Of a DNA stretch of 32,000 nucleotides, positions 8,523-16,952 are shown in pieces. The notes under the pieces are model-generated. The model worked only from the letters and a program-made list of their open reading frames with translations, made no database searches and was not told the origin of the DNA. Each line of letters starts with the position of its first letter. Positions within the stretch are counted from its first letter, which is position 1. The DNA comes from Pirellulales bacterium (lineage in GTDB: Bacteria; Planctomycetota; Planctomycetia; Pirellulales; JAEUIK01), in the NCBI GenBank assembly GCA_965227275.1, contig CBDDFU010000001.1, forward strand, positions 4,439,928-4,471,927, given 5' to 3'. A program made the position numbers and the translations under genes.

Positions 8523-9716
8523 CTACTCGTCCATTTCCAGGAACCTGATGCAGACGGGGTTTCCGACTTCGATCTCCGATCCCGTCGGTTCAAGCAGACC
8601 GGTCTTCGAATCGACTCGAAACACCACGACATTGTCGGTGTTTTGATTGGCTGCCAGCAGGTATCGACCACTGGGATCGAGATTGAAATTGCGGGGCACT
8701 TCGCCGCGCGTCGATTCGTGACCCAACGGCGTGAGTTTGCCGGTGGATGGGTCGATCGCAAAGATGGCGATGCTGTTGTGACCCCGGTTCGATACATAGA
8801 GAAACCGCCCGTTGGGATGCACGCGGACCTCGGCGGTGCTGTTGCCTTCTTCCTTGTAGCTGGCCGGCAATGTGGACGTGGTCTGAATTCCCTCCAGCAC
8901 TCCGTCCTCGGCGTCGTAAGTGAATGCGGTTACCGAGGAAGTGATCTCGTTGTTGGTGTAGGCAAACTTGCCGTTGGGGTGAAACACGAAGTGACGCGGT
9001 CCGCCACCCGGGGGAACCGAAACCGAAGGTGGATCGTTTGGAGTCAACTTTGCGTCGGCCGCATCCAAGCGGTAGACCAGCACTTTGTCCAATCCCAAAT
9101 CGGCCGTCACCGCAAATCGATTGTTCCTGTCGACATTGATCGAGTGAGCGTGGGGGCCGGCCTGTCGCTGAGGATTGACGCTGGAACCTTCGTGTTGAAT
9201 GAACGTCGCGGCCGCCAGGAGACTGCCGTCATCGCTGATGGGCAGGCACGCCACACTGCCACCCCCGTAATTGGCGACCAACACGCACTTGCCCGAACCG
9301 TCGACAACCAGATGACAGGGACCTGCACCTTGAGACGACTGCTGGTTGAGCAACGAGAGCTGTCCACTTAGCTCATCGATGGAGAAGGCAGAAACACCGC
9401 CGGTCTTCTTGCCCTCGAAGTCGTCGATCTCCCCCACGGCGTACAGGTGCTGGCCATCGGGATGAATCGCCACGAACGAAGGGTTCACCGCCTTGGCCGC
9501 CAGGCGAGGTGCGGAGAGTTGCCCCGATTTGAGATCCAACTCGCTGACGTAGATGCCGTCGCTCGCGCCACGCGTATAGCTGCCGATATAGACACGAAGC
9601 TTACCTTCCATGGGAGCTTCCTCCGCTTGTACGGGGCAGAACAAACCACACCATGACATGGATACCGCGACAATAGCAACGAGATATGGCCAGCGACCCC
9701 GGGTGTTGTGGTTCAC
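8523..9716 (-). CDS. Secreted lactonase-type 7-bladed beta-propeller protein (6-phosphogluconolactonase/YbhE-like family)
   Basis: 397 aa. GTG start at 9716 with aagga ~10 nt upstream. Signal peptide (YLVAIVAVSMSWCGLFCPVQAEE). Family-typical repeats are present: YIGSYT...GIYV, PSFVAIHPDG, GPCHLVVDGSGK, GPRHFVFHPNGKFAY, RNFNLDPSGRYLLAANQ. Confidence 0.8.
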   Translation of the reverse strand: MNHNTRGRWPYLVAIVAVSMSWCGLFCPVQAEEAPMEGKLRVYIGSYTRGASDGIYVSELDLKSGQLSAPRLAAKAVNPSFVAIHPDGQHLYAVGEIDDFEGKKTGGVSAFSIDELSGQLSLLNQQSSQGAGPCHLVVDGSGKCVLVANYGGGSVACLPISDDGSLLAAATFIQHEGSSVNPQRQAGPHAHSINVDRNNRFAVTADLGLDKVLVYRLDAADAKLTPNDPPSVSVPPGGGPRHFVFHPNGKFAYTNNEITSSVTAFTYDAEDGVLEGIQTTSTLPASYKEEGNSTAEVRVHPNGRFLYVSNRGHNSIAIFAIDPSTGKLTPLGHESTRGEVPRNFNLDPSGRYLLAANQNTDNVVVFRVDSKTGLLEPTGSEIEVGNPVCIRFLEMDE

Positions 9717-9785
9717 GATCCAAGTTTCCTTTGTTCAAGGGTGTATGGGCACTCATTCAATGTAGGTCATGCGAATAGCTATCCT

Positions 9786-9839
9786 GACAGGCAGCAGGGA
9801 GCGTGCAGTTCGAATGCTCGATATTCGCTGCTGCCTGTC
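9786..9839. promoter_or_regulatory. 12-bp perfect inverted repeat in the divergent lactonase/fhcB intergenic region
   Basis: gacaggcagcag (9786-9797) and ctgctgcctgtc (9828-9839) are exact reverse complements separated by 30 nt. They sit in a 321-nt AT-richer gap between two divergently transcribed genes. Candidate operator or leader-RNA stem. Confidence 0.35.
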
Positions 9840-10037
9840 GCGATTAGCCCAATATTGTACACAGGTGAAGAATCAATCTGAAACGTTCCTAAACCTGGAG
9901 CCTATATTCTCAAGAATCGACTGAAATCGAGTGCCGCGGGGTGGGTTGTGCGAAGCTACCCACCGTCACAGAATGGAACCTTCGGTCTCGACGCCATCGA
10001 GGCAAACCCGCCCCACCATCCAACCTTGCCACTGGCA

Positions 10038-11354
10038 ATGAATGATCGCCCGCCCGTCGCTTCCCTGGCCGGCCAACTCATGCTCGAACGCGCCGTATGC
10101 AGCGGATGCGGTTGTTTCTGCGACGATATCGTGTTGCGTTACGAGGACGATCGGCTGGTGACCATCGATCGGGCCTGCCCTGCTGGCGAGGTCTGGCTGG
10201 GGCAGCCTCACTCGCTTGAACCTACGGCCACAATCCTCGGCAAGCCAGTCGAGTTGGAACGAGCGATCGACGAAGCGGTGCGCCTCATGGTCGCTTCCAA
10301 GGCACCCGTGATTGAAGGGCTGACAAACCTCACGCTCGAAGCGGCCCGAGAAGCGGTACTGCTGGCACGGGATTTGTCTGCCTCCGTCATTCCACGCCCG
10401 TTGCCTCCGTCATCGTTCTTGCGGTCGGGTTGGGAAGCTCCGGAGTTTACCGCCACGTTGGGCAAGGTACGAACCACCGCCGACCTGGTCATCTTCTGGC
10501 GAGCCGACCCCCTGACCACACACCTGCGACATCTCGAGCGGTATTCGTATTTCCCTCCGTTGCTCAGTGAGAGGACTCGAACTTTAGTGGTGGTGGATGA
10601 CCTTACGTCATCGAAGCCACATCTCACCGCCAAGGAGGCAACACATTGCCTTGAACTCACCTCCGGATCTCTATCGTTCAACGAAGATCTGGAACTGATC
10701 GTGACAGTCGAGCTGCTGCTGCGTTCAAAGTCGGTCTCGCATCTCAGTGGCGAATCGCACAAGAGAATCCTTGAGAAAGCGACGCGGTTAGCCAGTCTGA
10801 TTGGTGACGCGAACCATACGCACTTGTTCGTGGGGGTCGAGGCTTCAGAATCGCCTGCGGTCTGTGACACGTTGCACGGACTGGCCGCACGCGTTCGTGC
10901 CGAACATCATGTATCTGTTTCCAGCCTTTCTTTGCCTGGAAATATTTGGGGCGTGCAGGAGTTGGCCACTTGGCTCCTGGGTGCTCCGATCCCCGTGTCT
11001 CTGGCGCCCGATGCTCAAGGTGATGCAGGCGAGTGGAAGTGTCTATCGCCCAATCACTCGCTGTCGCCGGATTCGTTTGACCTGCAAGTACGCCTGGGCT
11101 GCGAGTTGGCCGACGGCGAGACGAGTGCGGCCAGCAATCCATCGATCACATTCGCATCGCAGCTTGACCCGGCAGCCACGGTTTCGTTCGCAGTTCCCGG
11201 GTTGGATCCGAGATTAAACGGGACCGTATTGCGAAACGACGGCATTACCCTGACCCTGTGTGGTGATGCAACGTTGGGGGTCGAAGACCCGACTGTCGAC
11301 ATCCTGCGACAACTACGCAGCGGCGTCTCCCGTGTTGTGGAGGCGAGGGCATGA
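10038..11354 (+). CDS. fhcB: Formyltransferase/hydrolase complex subunit B (formylmethanofuran dehydrogenase subunit B homolog)
   Basis: N-terminal Cys cluster CSGCGCFCDDI as in FwdB-type proteins. Its position and ATGA overlap with the next gene fit an fhc operon. I prefer the ATG at 10038 (MNDRPPVASLAG...) to the GTG at 9948. Confidence 0.78.
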   Translation: MNDRPPVASLAGQLMLERAVCSGCGCFCDDIVLRYEDDRLVTIDRACPAGEVWLGQPHSLEPTATILGKPVELERAIDEAVRLMVASKAPVIEGLTNLTLEAAREAVLLARDLSASVIPRPLPPSSFLRSGWEAPEFTATLGKVRTTADLVIFWRADPLTTHLRHLERYSYFPPLLSERTRTLVVVDDLTSSKPHLTAKEATHCLELTSGSLSFNEDLELIVTVELLLRSKSVSHLSGESHKRILEKATRLASLIGDANHTHLFVGVEASESPAVCDTLHGLAARVRAEHHVSVSSLSLPGNIWGVQELATWLLGAPIPVSLAPDAQGDAGEWKCLSPNHSLSPDSFDLQVRLGCELADGETSAASNPSITFASQLDPAATVSFAVPGLDPRLNGTVLRNDGITLTLCGDATLGVEDPTVDILRQLRSGVSRVVEARA

Positions 11355-12970
11355 AGCTGACCATCGAAGGCGGCAAGGTCTACGACCCCAGGAATGACGT
11401 GGATGGTGACGTGAAGACCATCTGCATCGAAGACGGGGTTGTGGTTTCCGAACCGTCCCAGGGTTTTCAGCCCGATCGAACCATTAATGCTTCAGGGCGA
11501 GTGGTGATGCCCGGCGGGGTCGACATGCATTGCCACATTGCGGGCCCATCGGTGAATCGCGCACGGCGACTGATCGCTCACGATGCGACACTGCGTAGCG
11601 AACCGTTGGCCGAGTGGCCCATTGTGCCAACCACCGAATCGACGGGTCAGCGGTACGGGTTGCTCGGGTATACCACGGCCATCGAGGCCGCGATTGCACC
11701 GAGCGGGGCTCGACAATGTCATTTGGAGTTTGCGGACACGCCGATTCTCGACCGGGGTTTTCTGTTACTGTTGGCCAACCACGAGCTGCTATTCGATTTG
11801 CTCGAGCGGAACGAAGACGAACTTGCACGGCAGGTGGTTGCCTGGTTGTTGCATCAAACGGGTTCGTTCGGAATCAAGGGAGTGAACCCTGGCGGGGTCT
11901 CGCACTGGCTATCGACGGCTGAAGCCATCACCAGCTTTTCGGCCCCCCTGCCCGGTCGCCGCATTTCGCCTCGCAAGATTGTCGAGTTTCTAGCCCATAC
12001 TGCCGACACGCTGGGTTTGCCCCACCCCTTGCACTTGCACGTAAACCAGTTGGGCGTGCCGGGCAATATCGACGTGACCATCGAAACATCTCGGGCTCTC
12101 AGCGGGTTGCGTCATCACCTGGCCCACGTGCAGTTCCACGCTTACGCTGCTGACGAATCCGGCGATTTCATCAGCGGTGCGGCGGAATTCATGGAGCATT
12201 TTCACGCCAACCCCGAGATGACGGCCGACGTGGGGCAGGTCATGTTTGGCGATGCCTTGACCCTGACCGCGGATGCCGAGGTGGAATTCTTCCTCTGGAA
12301 GTTGACCGGAAAGCCGTACGTCAACGTTGAGGTTGATCTCGAAACCGGGTGCGGCATCATTCCCGTGGAATACCGGCACGATTCGCGGATGCACACACTG
12401 CAATGGGCCATCGGCCTGGAGTTATTCTTGTTGTGCAACGACCCTTGGCGGCTGCCGCTGTCGACCGATCATCCCAACGGCGGCTCGTTCCTGGCGTATC
12501 CTACGCTGATCGCCCAACTGATGGATCGCGGGGTCCGCGAAGCGGCCATCAAGAAAGCGAATGCCAAAGCCATGAACCGCTGCCGGCTGGAAGAACTGGA
12601 TCGCGAGTACACGCTGAACGAAATCGCCATTATCACCCGTGCTGCTCCGGCGAAGATTCTGGGGCTGGACGCCAAGGGACACCTGGGCCCGGGGGCCGAT
12701 GCCGACATCACCATCTACAACGACACGGCCGATCGAGAGTCGATGTTCCGCTGGCCGCATATGGTACTTAAACAGGGAGAGATCCTGGTTGAAGACGGCG
12801 AGTTGCGCCGCAGCCAGGCGGGACGAACGTTAGCCGTTGAACCGCCGTGTAACCCCGATGCCGAGGCTTACATTCGTCGCTGGTACGATCGCCACGGAAC
12901 GTTCGACCCACGACAGTTGGGCATTCCGGAACACAAGCGGTCGGGCCTGACTAAGATTGCTCGGAGCTAG
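11351..12970 (+). CDS. fhcA: Formyltransferase/hydrolase complex subunit A (FwdA-like amidohydrolase)
   Basis: 539 aa. The ATG overlaps the fhcB stop (ATGA at 11351-11354). Amidohydrolase metal motif GGVDMHCHIAG, later HLHVNQLG, and a C-terminal DADITIY element typical of FwdA/amidohydrolase-3 proteins. Confidence 0.85.
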   Translation: MKLTIEGGKVYDPRNDVDGDVKTICIEDGVVVSEPSQGFQPDRTINASGRVVMPGGVDMHCHIAGPSVNRARRLIAHDATLRSEPLAEWPIVPTTESTGQRYGLLGYTTAIEAAIAPSGARQCHLEFADTPILDRGFLLLLANHELLFDLLERNEDELARQVVAWLLHQTGSFGIKGVNPGGVSHWLSTAEAITSFSAPLPGRRISPRKIVEFLAHTADTLGLPHPLHLHVNQLGVPGNIDVTIETSRALSGLRHHLAHVQFHAYAADESGDFISGAAEFMEHFHANPEMTADVGQVMFGDALTLTADAEVEFFLWKLTGKPYVNVEVDLETGCGIIPVEYRHDSRMHTLQWAIGLELFLLCNDPWRLPLSTDHPNGGSFLAYPTLIAQLMDRGVREAAIKKANAKAMNRCRLEELDREYTLNEIAIITRAAPAKILGLDAKGHLGPGADADITIYNDTADRESMFRWPHMVLKQGEILVEDGELRRSQAGRTLAVEPPCNPDAEAYIRRWYDRHGTFDPRQLGIPEHKRSGLTKIARS

Positions 12971-13020
12971 AAGATAGCGTCCACCAACTCGGGATACGTA
13001 CACTTTTCGTTGGTCGTACC

Positions 13021-13908
13021 ATGAAGATCGGGCAAACCGAAATCGCCGATAGTTTCGCAGAAGCGTTCGAGATGCGCTTTACGCGGCTGACCGTGACCGC
13101 CATCGACGAGTACTGGTGTGATACGGCCGTGGCCGAGTTCACGGGCTTCGGCACTTCCATCATCGCCTGCGATGTTGAGGCTGCCCGCGAACGCCGTTTG
13201 TCGCCGAAAGAAACTCCGGACGGGCGCCCCGGGGCGAGCGTGTTGGTGTTCGGTTTCTCGACCGACGCCCTCGCGAAGGCGGTTCCCCGCCGTGCGGGAC
13301 AGTGTTTGCTGACGTGCCCCACCACGGCCGTTTACGACGGGTTGGATGCGAGTGAAAAGCGGATCGCAATGGGCAGCTACCTGCGTTATTTCGGCGACGG
13401 ATTCCAACGCAGCAAAGTGGTGGCCGGCAAACGATATTGGCGATTGCCGGTGCTGGACGGTGAATTCCTGGTCGAAGAATCGCTCGGCGTCGAAAAAGGT
13501 GTGGCCGGCGGGTGCCTGTTGATCGAAGCGACCAGCATCGAAGCTGGTTTGAGGGCGGCGCGCCAGGCGGTTGCGTCGTTAGACGATATGCCTGGGGTGA
13601 TTTTACCTTTCCCCGGCGGCGTAGTTCGCAGCGGAAGCAAAGTAGGGTCCAAGTACGAAGGGCTAAGGGCGTCAACCAATGACGCGTTCTGTCCGACTCT
13701 CAAAGGCCGTACGCGAAGCGAGCTTCACCCTGACACCACGCACGCCTACGAATTGGTGATCGACGGAGTGGACGAAGCCACCGTTACCAAGGCGATGGCC
13801 ACAGCCGCACGAGCAGCAGCCGGCGATGGCATTCTTTCGATCGGCGCCCCCAACTATGGCGGCAAGCTTGGCAAGTATCACTTTCATTTGCACGAGATCT
13901 TGCAATGA
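13021..13908 (+). CDS. fhcD: Formylmethanofuran--tetrahydromethanopterin N-formyltransferase homolog (Ftr/FhcD)
   Basis: 295 aa, colinear with Ftr as I remember it: EIADSFAEAFEMRFTRL, TGFGTS, ETPDGRPG, GDGFQ, GEFLVEES, GVAGG, PFPGGVVRSGSKVGSKY, ASTNDAFCPTL, NYGGKLGKYHFHLHEI. Confidence 0.92.
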   Translation: MKIGQTEIADSFAEAFEMRFTRLTVTAIDEYWCDTAVAEFTGFGTSIIACDVEAARERRLSPKETPDGRPGASVLVFGFSTDALAKAVPRRAGQCLLTCPTTAVYDGLDASEKRIAMGSYLRYFGDGFQRSKVVAGKRYWRLPVLDGEFLVEESLGVEKGVAGGCLLIEATSIEAGLRAARQAVASLDDMPGVILPFPGGVVRSGSKVGSKYEGLRASTNDAFCPTLKGRTRSELHPDTTHAYELVIDGVDEATVTKAMATAARAAAGDGILSIGAPNYGGKLGKYHFHLHEILQ

Positions 13909-14723
13909 ACGCCTATTGCCTCCAGTGGAAACAGCAGCCCCCGGGTTTGATCGACGCGTCCGACTTGTCGCCCGAGCGTTTGTGTTCAATAGAGAAGCGT
14001 GAGCTTGAGAAAGAACACATCCGTATCGGCAATTGGGACTATCCTTTGGGGGAAGTCTTCGATATTCAAGCGGATGCAGACACGCCTGAAGGTACTTTGC
14101 ATCTTCCGGGGTCAGAACGTTATCGGGGGCTAGCCACCGGAATGTCTTCGGGCACTCTCATCGTCGATGGTCATGCGGGGGATGCCTTAGCCTGTGGGAT
14201 GACCGGAGGCGAGGTCTTCGTGCATGGTTCCGCGGGCGACATGGTCGCCGCGGCGATGCGGGGGGGATTGCTGGTCGTTGATGGTGATGTTGGAGACATG
14301 CTAGGCGGGCCACGTCCCGGTGAGTTGCGGGGCATGACCGGTGGTGAGGTGATCGTGCTCGGCAATGCCGGAGCTTATGCGGCGGCGCGACAGCGAGGTG
14401 GTGTGATTGCGGTGCACGGCAGTGTGGGCGAGTGCTCCGGGTACAAGATGCTGGCCGGTACCTTGGTTATCAGCGAGGGAAAAATTGAGTCGCCCGGCTT
14501 GGGCATGGTTCGCGGTTCCATTCTTGCGCTGAATAGCGCCCCGAAGGTTTTACCCACTTTTCGGCCCGATGGGCTCGTGCAACCGGTCGTGCTGAGGGTG
14601 TTGTGGCGAAGGCTTGAGCAGTTGCAATTCCCGTTGCCTTCGGGTCTCGACGACGCCCGCTTCGAGTCATTCTCGGGCGACATGCTCAGCGGGAACCGCG
14701 GCGAGATCTTGTTCCGCCGGTGA
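13905..14723 (+). CDS. fhcC: Formyltransferase/hydrolase complex subunit C (FwdC-like, Gly-rich beta-helix)
   Basis: The ATG overlaps the fhcD stop (ATGA at 13905-13908). Repeated GxxGxxxGxxMxGGxxxVxG units (GHAGDALACGMTGGEVFVHGSAGDMVAAAMRGGLLVVDGDVGDMLG...) are characteristic of FwdC/GXGXG-domain proteins. Confidence 0.88.
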   Translation: MNAYCLQWKQQPPGLIDASDLSPERLCSIEKRELEKEHIRIGNWDYPLGEVFDIQADADTPEGTLHLPGSERYRGLATGMSSGTLIVDGHAGDALACGMTGGEVFVHGSAGDMVAAAMRGGLLVVDGDVGDMLGGPRPGELRGMTGGEVIVLGNAGAYAAARQRGGVIAVHGSVGECSGYKMLAGTLVISEGKIESPGLGMVRGSILALNSAPKVLPTFRPDGLVQPVVLRVLWRRLEQLQFPLPSGLDDARFESFSGDMLSGNRGEILFRR

Positions 14724-14893
14724 AGGTGATCTCCCCAGAGGTCCATTCATAGACCCTCGCAATCGTTACAACCCGAAGGGCTGGAAACTTTCACTGGCGG
14801 ATTGGATGCAATGGTTCGGCAGGCATTCCAATGCAACCTAGATTTTGGATACAAGTCTGTCCTTCTGGTAATTCAACCCACGGTGTTGAACTG

Positions 14894-15214
14894 ATGTACG
14901 AACCGAAGAACACGGCCATCAACGAACGTCGCGAGGCGACGCGCTTTCGCAAGGAGCCGGATGCCGAGTGGGCCGCCATCTGGTATCCCCACGACATGGA
15001 ATCGCTGGTCGAAGTCTACGACGAGTCGTTACATGGCCTCGCTCTGCTGTTGAACAACACGCAGGACCTGTATATCGGGCTGGATGTTGAAATCGCCTAT
15101 CGGGGGAACTTGCTTCAGGGCACGGTCCGCCACATGGAGGCGTTTGAGGACGGCCGAACCAAGGTTGGCTTCCTGACTTCGCCGATTGAAAAGCGGCTGT
15201 CGGAAATTGACTGA
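14894..15214 (+). CDS. Stand-alone PilZ-domain protein (putative c-di-GMP receptor)
   Basis: Both halves of the PilZ signature are present at the right spacing: RxxxR (R-EAT-R in NERREATRFR) and D/NxSxxG (DESLHG), followed by beta-barrel-like sequence. I prefer the ATG at 14894 (106 aa) because it puts RxxxR near the N-terminus; the longer ORF starts at 14831. Confidence 0.65.
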   Translation: MYEPKNTAINERREATRFRKEPDAEWAAIWYPHDMESLVEVYDESLHGLALLLNNTQDLYIGLDVEIAYRGNLLQGTVRHMEAFEDGRTKVGFLTSPIEKRLSEID

Positions 15215-15227
15215 ACAATCATTGCGT

Positions 15228-16169
15228 TCAGTCCTTGCCTGCCGCGAGTGCCAGCGCCCCGTAGATCACCATCTCCTCGCCAAGTTGGGCGGGGCGGATG
15301 TCGAAGCTATTGGCCAAGGGCGGGAAGACATAGCGGGCCACCTCCGCTGTGAGCGGTTCGAAGAGCAATTCCGGGCCGAGCAGCGATACACCACCCCCAA
15401 TGACAATTCGCTGCGGGGAAACCAATGTAACGACTTGAGCCAGCGCCCATCCCAGGTGTTGCCAGGCCTGGCTGAGCACCGCCTGGGCAAGCTTGTTCCC
15501 GGCAATTGCCGCTTCGCCGACCCGTTTGGAGGTGAGCTGCGAGGCGTCCCCGCCGCACAGCTTCATTAGTTGTTGTGCGTCTGTGTTGTCGCTCGTTTCC
15601 ATCATGTGTCGGGCCGTCGCGGCGATACCCCATCCGCTGGCGTATGCTTCGATAATGTCCTCCGGCGAGACGGCATCGACCCCGGGCCGCATGTGCCCGA
15701 CCTCGGCAGCGGCTTGCCCGAAACCGTGGAATATCTCGCCATCGACGATCAGTCCCCCGCCGATCCCGGTGCCGATGGTGATGTACAACACGGGGCTCGC
15801 ACCCCGTCCCGCACCCAATCGGGCTTCGGCCAATCCGGCCACGTCGGCATCGTTGCCAATCACCGCGGGCAATCCCAGCGTGTTGCGGCTCCATTCGACG
15901 AGATCGAAATTGTCCCAACCTTCAACGTGATGGCTTTTGATCGTGTGACCCGAAGCGGCATTGACAGGGCCACCGAAACCAATGCCTACGGCGGTTGGGG
16001 AAAACTGATCGATAAGCTCGCGGGCAAGCTGTTCGATTTGGCGGAGAATGCCTGCCGCACCTTGGGAGGCATCAACATCCGTGCGTCGCAGCGCCACGAG
16101 TTCAGCGTGGGTGCCGGAGCCGACGGCCACTTGGAGTTTCGTTCCGCCGATTTCGATGCCGAGGTACAT
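15228..16169 (-). CDS. ROK-family sugar kinase (glucokinase-like)
   Basis: 313 aa. N-terminal ATP-binding motif MYLGIEIGGTKLQVAVG, plus NDADVAGLAEA and ITIGTGIGGGLIVDGEIFHG, typical of ROK/glucokinase proteins. Confidence 0.85.
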   Translation of the reverse strand: MYLGIEIGGTKLQVAVGSGTHAELVALRRTDVDASQGAAGILRQIEQLARELIDQFSPTAVGIGFGGPVNAASGHTIKSHHVEGWDNFDLVEWSRNTLGLPAVIGNDADVAGLAEARLGAGRGASPVLYITIGTGIGGGLIVDGEIFHGFGQAAAEVGHMRPGVDAVSPEDIIEAYASGWGIAATARHMMETSDNTDAQQLMKLCGGDASQLTSKRVGEAAIAGNKLAQAVLSQAWQHLGWALAQVVTLVSPQRIVIGGGVSLLGPELLFEPLTAEVARYVFPPLANSFDIRPAQLGEEMVIYGALALAAGKD

Positions 16170-16214
16170 CGCAACTCACGGTGAGAACCCGCCTCGCGGC
16201 GTACGGCTCGCCGG

Positions 16215-16841
16215 CTAGTTGGCCGCCGAAGAAGCAGTGGCGTAGCGCCCTTCATGATTGATGCGGGCGAACACATCATTGAGGACCCAGTGAAACAGGC
16301 TGAGGTGGATACTCTCGACCATGCCCATATCATCCAGCGGGACATGCAGCCCGTCTTGGGCCATCTCACGAAGCTTACCGCCGCTGAAGCCGGTGAGCCC
16401 GAACGTCTTTAACCCGTGCCGGTTGGCCCAATCGACGGCGTTGAGCACGTTGGGGCTATTGCCCGAACCGCTGATGGCGATGGCCACGTCGCCTTCGCTG
16501 CCATAGTTCATCAACTGTTGGACAAAGATCTGGTCGTAGCTCAGGTCGTTGCCCACGGCCAGGATCCAACCGAGGTTGTCGGTGAGGCTCATCACTTTGA
16601 GCCGCTTCTTCGATTCGTCGCCAAGATCGCACTCGCGTAGCGAGCTTTTCCCCAGGTCTTCGCTCATGTGCGTGGCGGTGGTTCCGGAGCCGCCGTTGCC
16701 AAAGATGTAGACGAAGCGACCATTTTCCCAAGCCTCGTAGATCAAATCGGCCATCTTCTCGATTTCGGCCTGATCGACTCGGGCGACCTCTTCCTGAATC
16801 CGGCTGACATACTCGGCGACGCTTAACTTGGCACCCAACAT
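16215..16841 (-). CDS. SIS-domain sugar-phosphate isomerase (GmhA/phosphoheptose-isomerase-like)
   Basis: 208 aa. The FGNGGSGTTATHMSEDL motif and the later AISGSGNSPNV motif match the SIS/GmhA pattern. It lies 45 nt upstream of the ROK kinase on the same strand. Confidence 0.8.
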   Translation of the reverse strand: MLGAKLSVAEYVSRIQEEVARVDQAEIEKMADLIYEAWENGRFVYIFGNGGSGTTATHMSEDLGKSSLRECDLGDESKKRLKVMSLTDNLGWILAVGNDLSYDQIFVQQLMNYGSEGDVAIAISGSGNSPNVLNAVDWANRHGLKTFGLTGFSGGKLREMAQDGLHVPLDDMGMVESIHLSLFHWVLNDVFARINHEGRYATASSAAN

Positions 16842-16952
16842 CTGACGTATCCCTTTGGAGTACTGATGGCCGGCAGTGCGGTTACCGACCAGTTGCTCAA
16901 TTAACTTCAGTTTAATGCGATAACAATCGATCGACCAGGGCGTTGGGCTGGC

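Noticed and set aside
8436-9371. 311-aa plus-strand ORF antisense to the lactonase-type propeller gene
   Set aside because: It is a shadow ORF. The minus-strand frame carries the signal peptide and the repeated propeller motifs, and this frame carries nothing recognisable.
15307-16184. Alternative-frame ORFs (203 aa minus, 204 aa plus) inside the ROK kinase gene
   Set aside because: The ROK frame carries all the family motifs. The alternatives are Arg/Gly-rich shadow frames.
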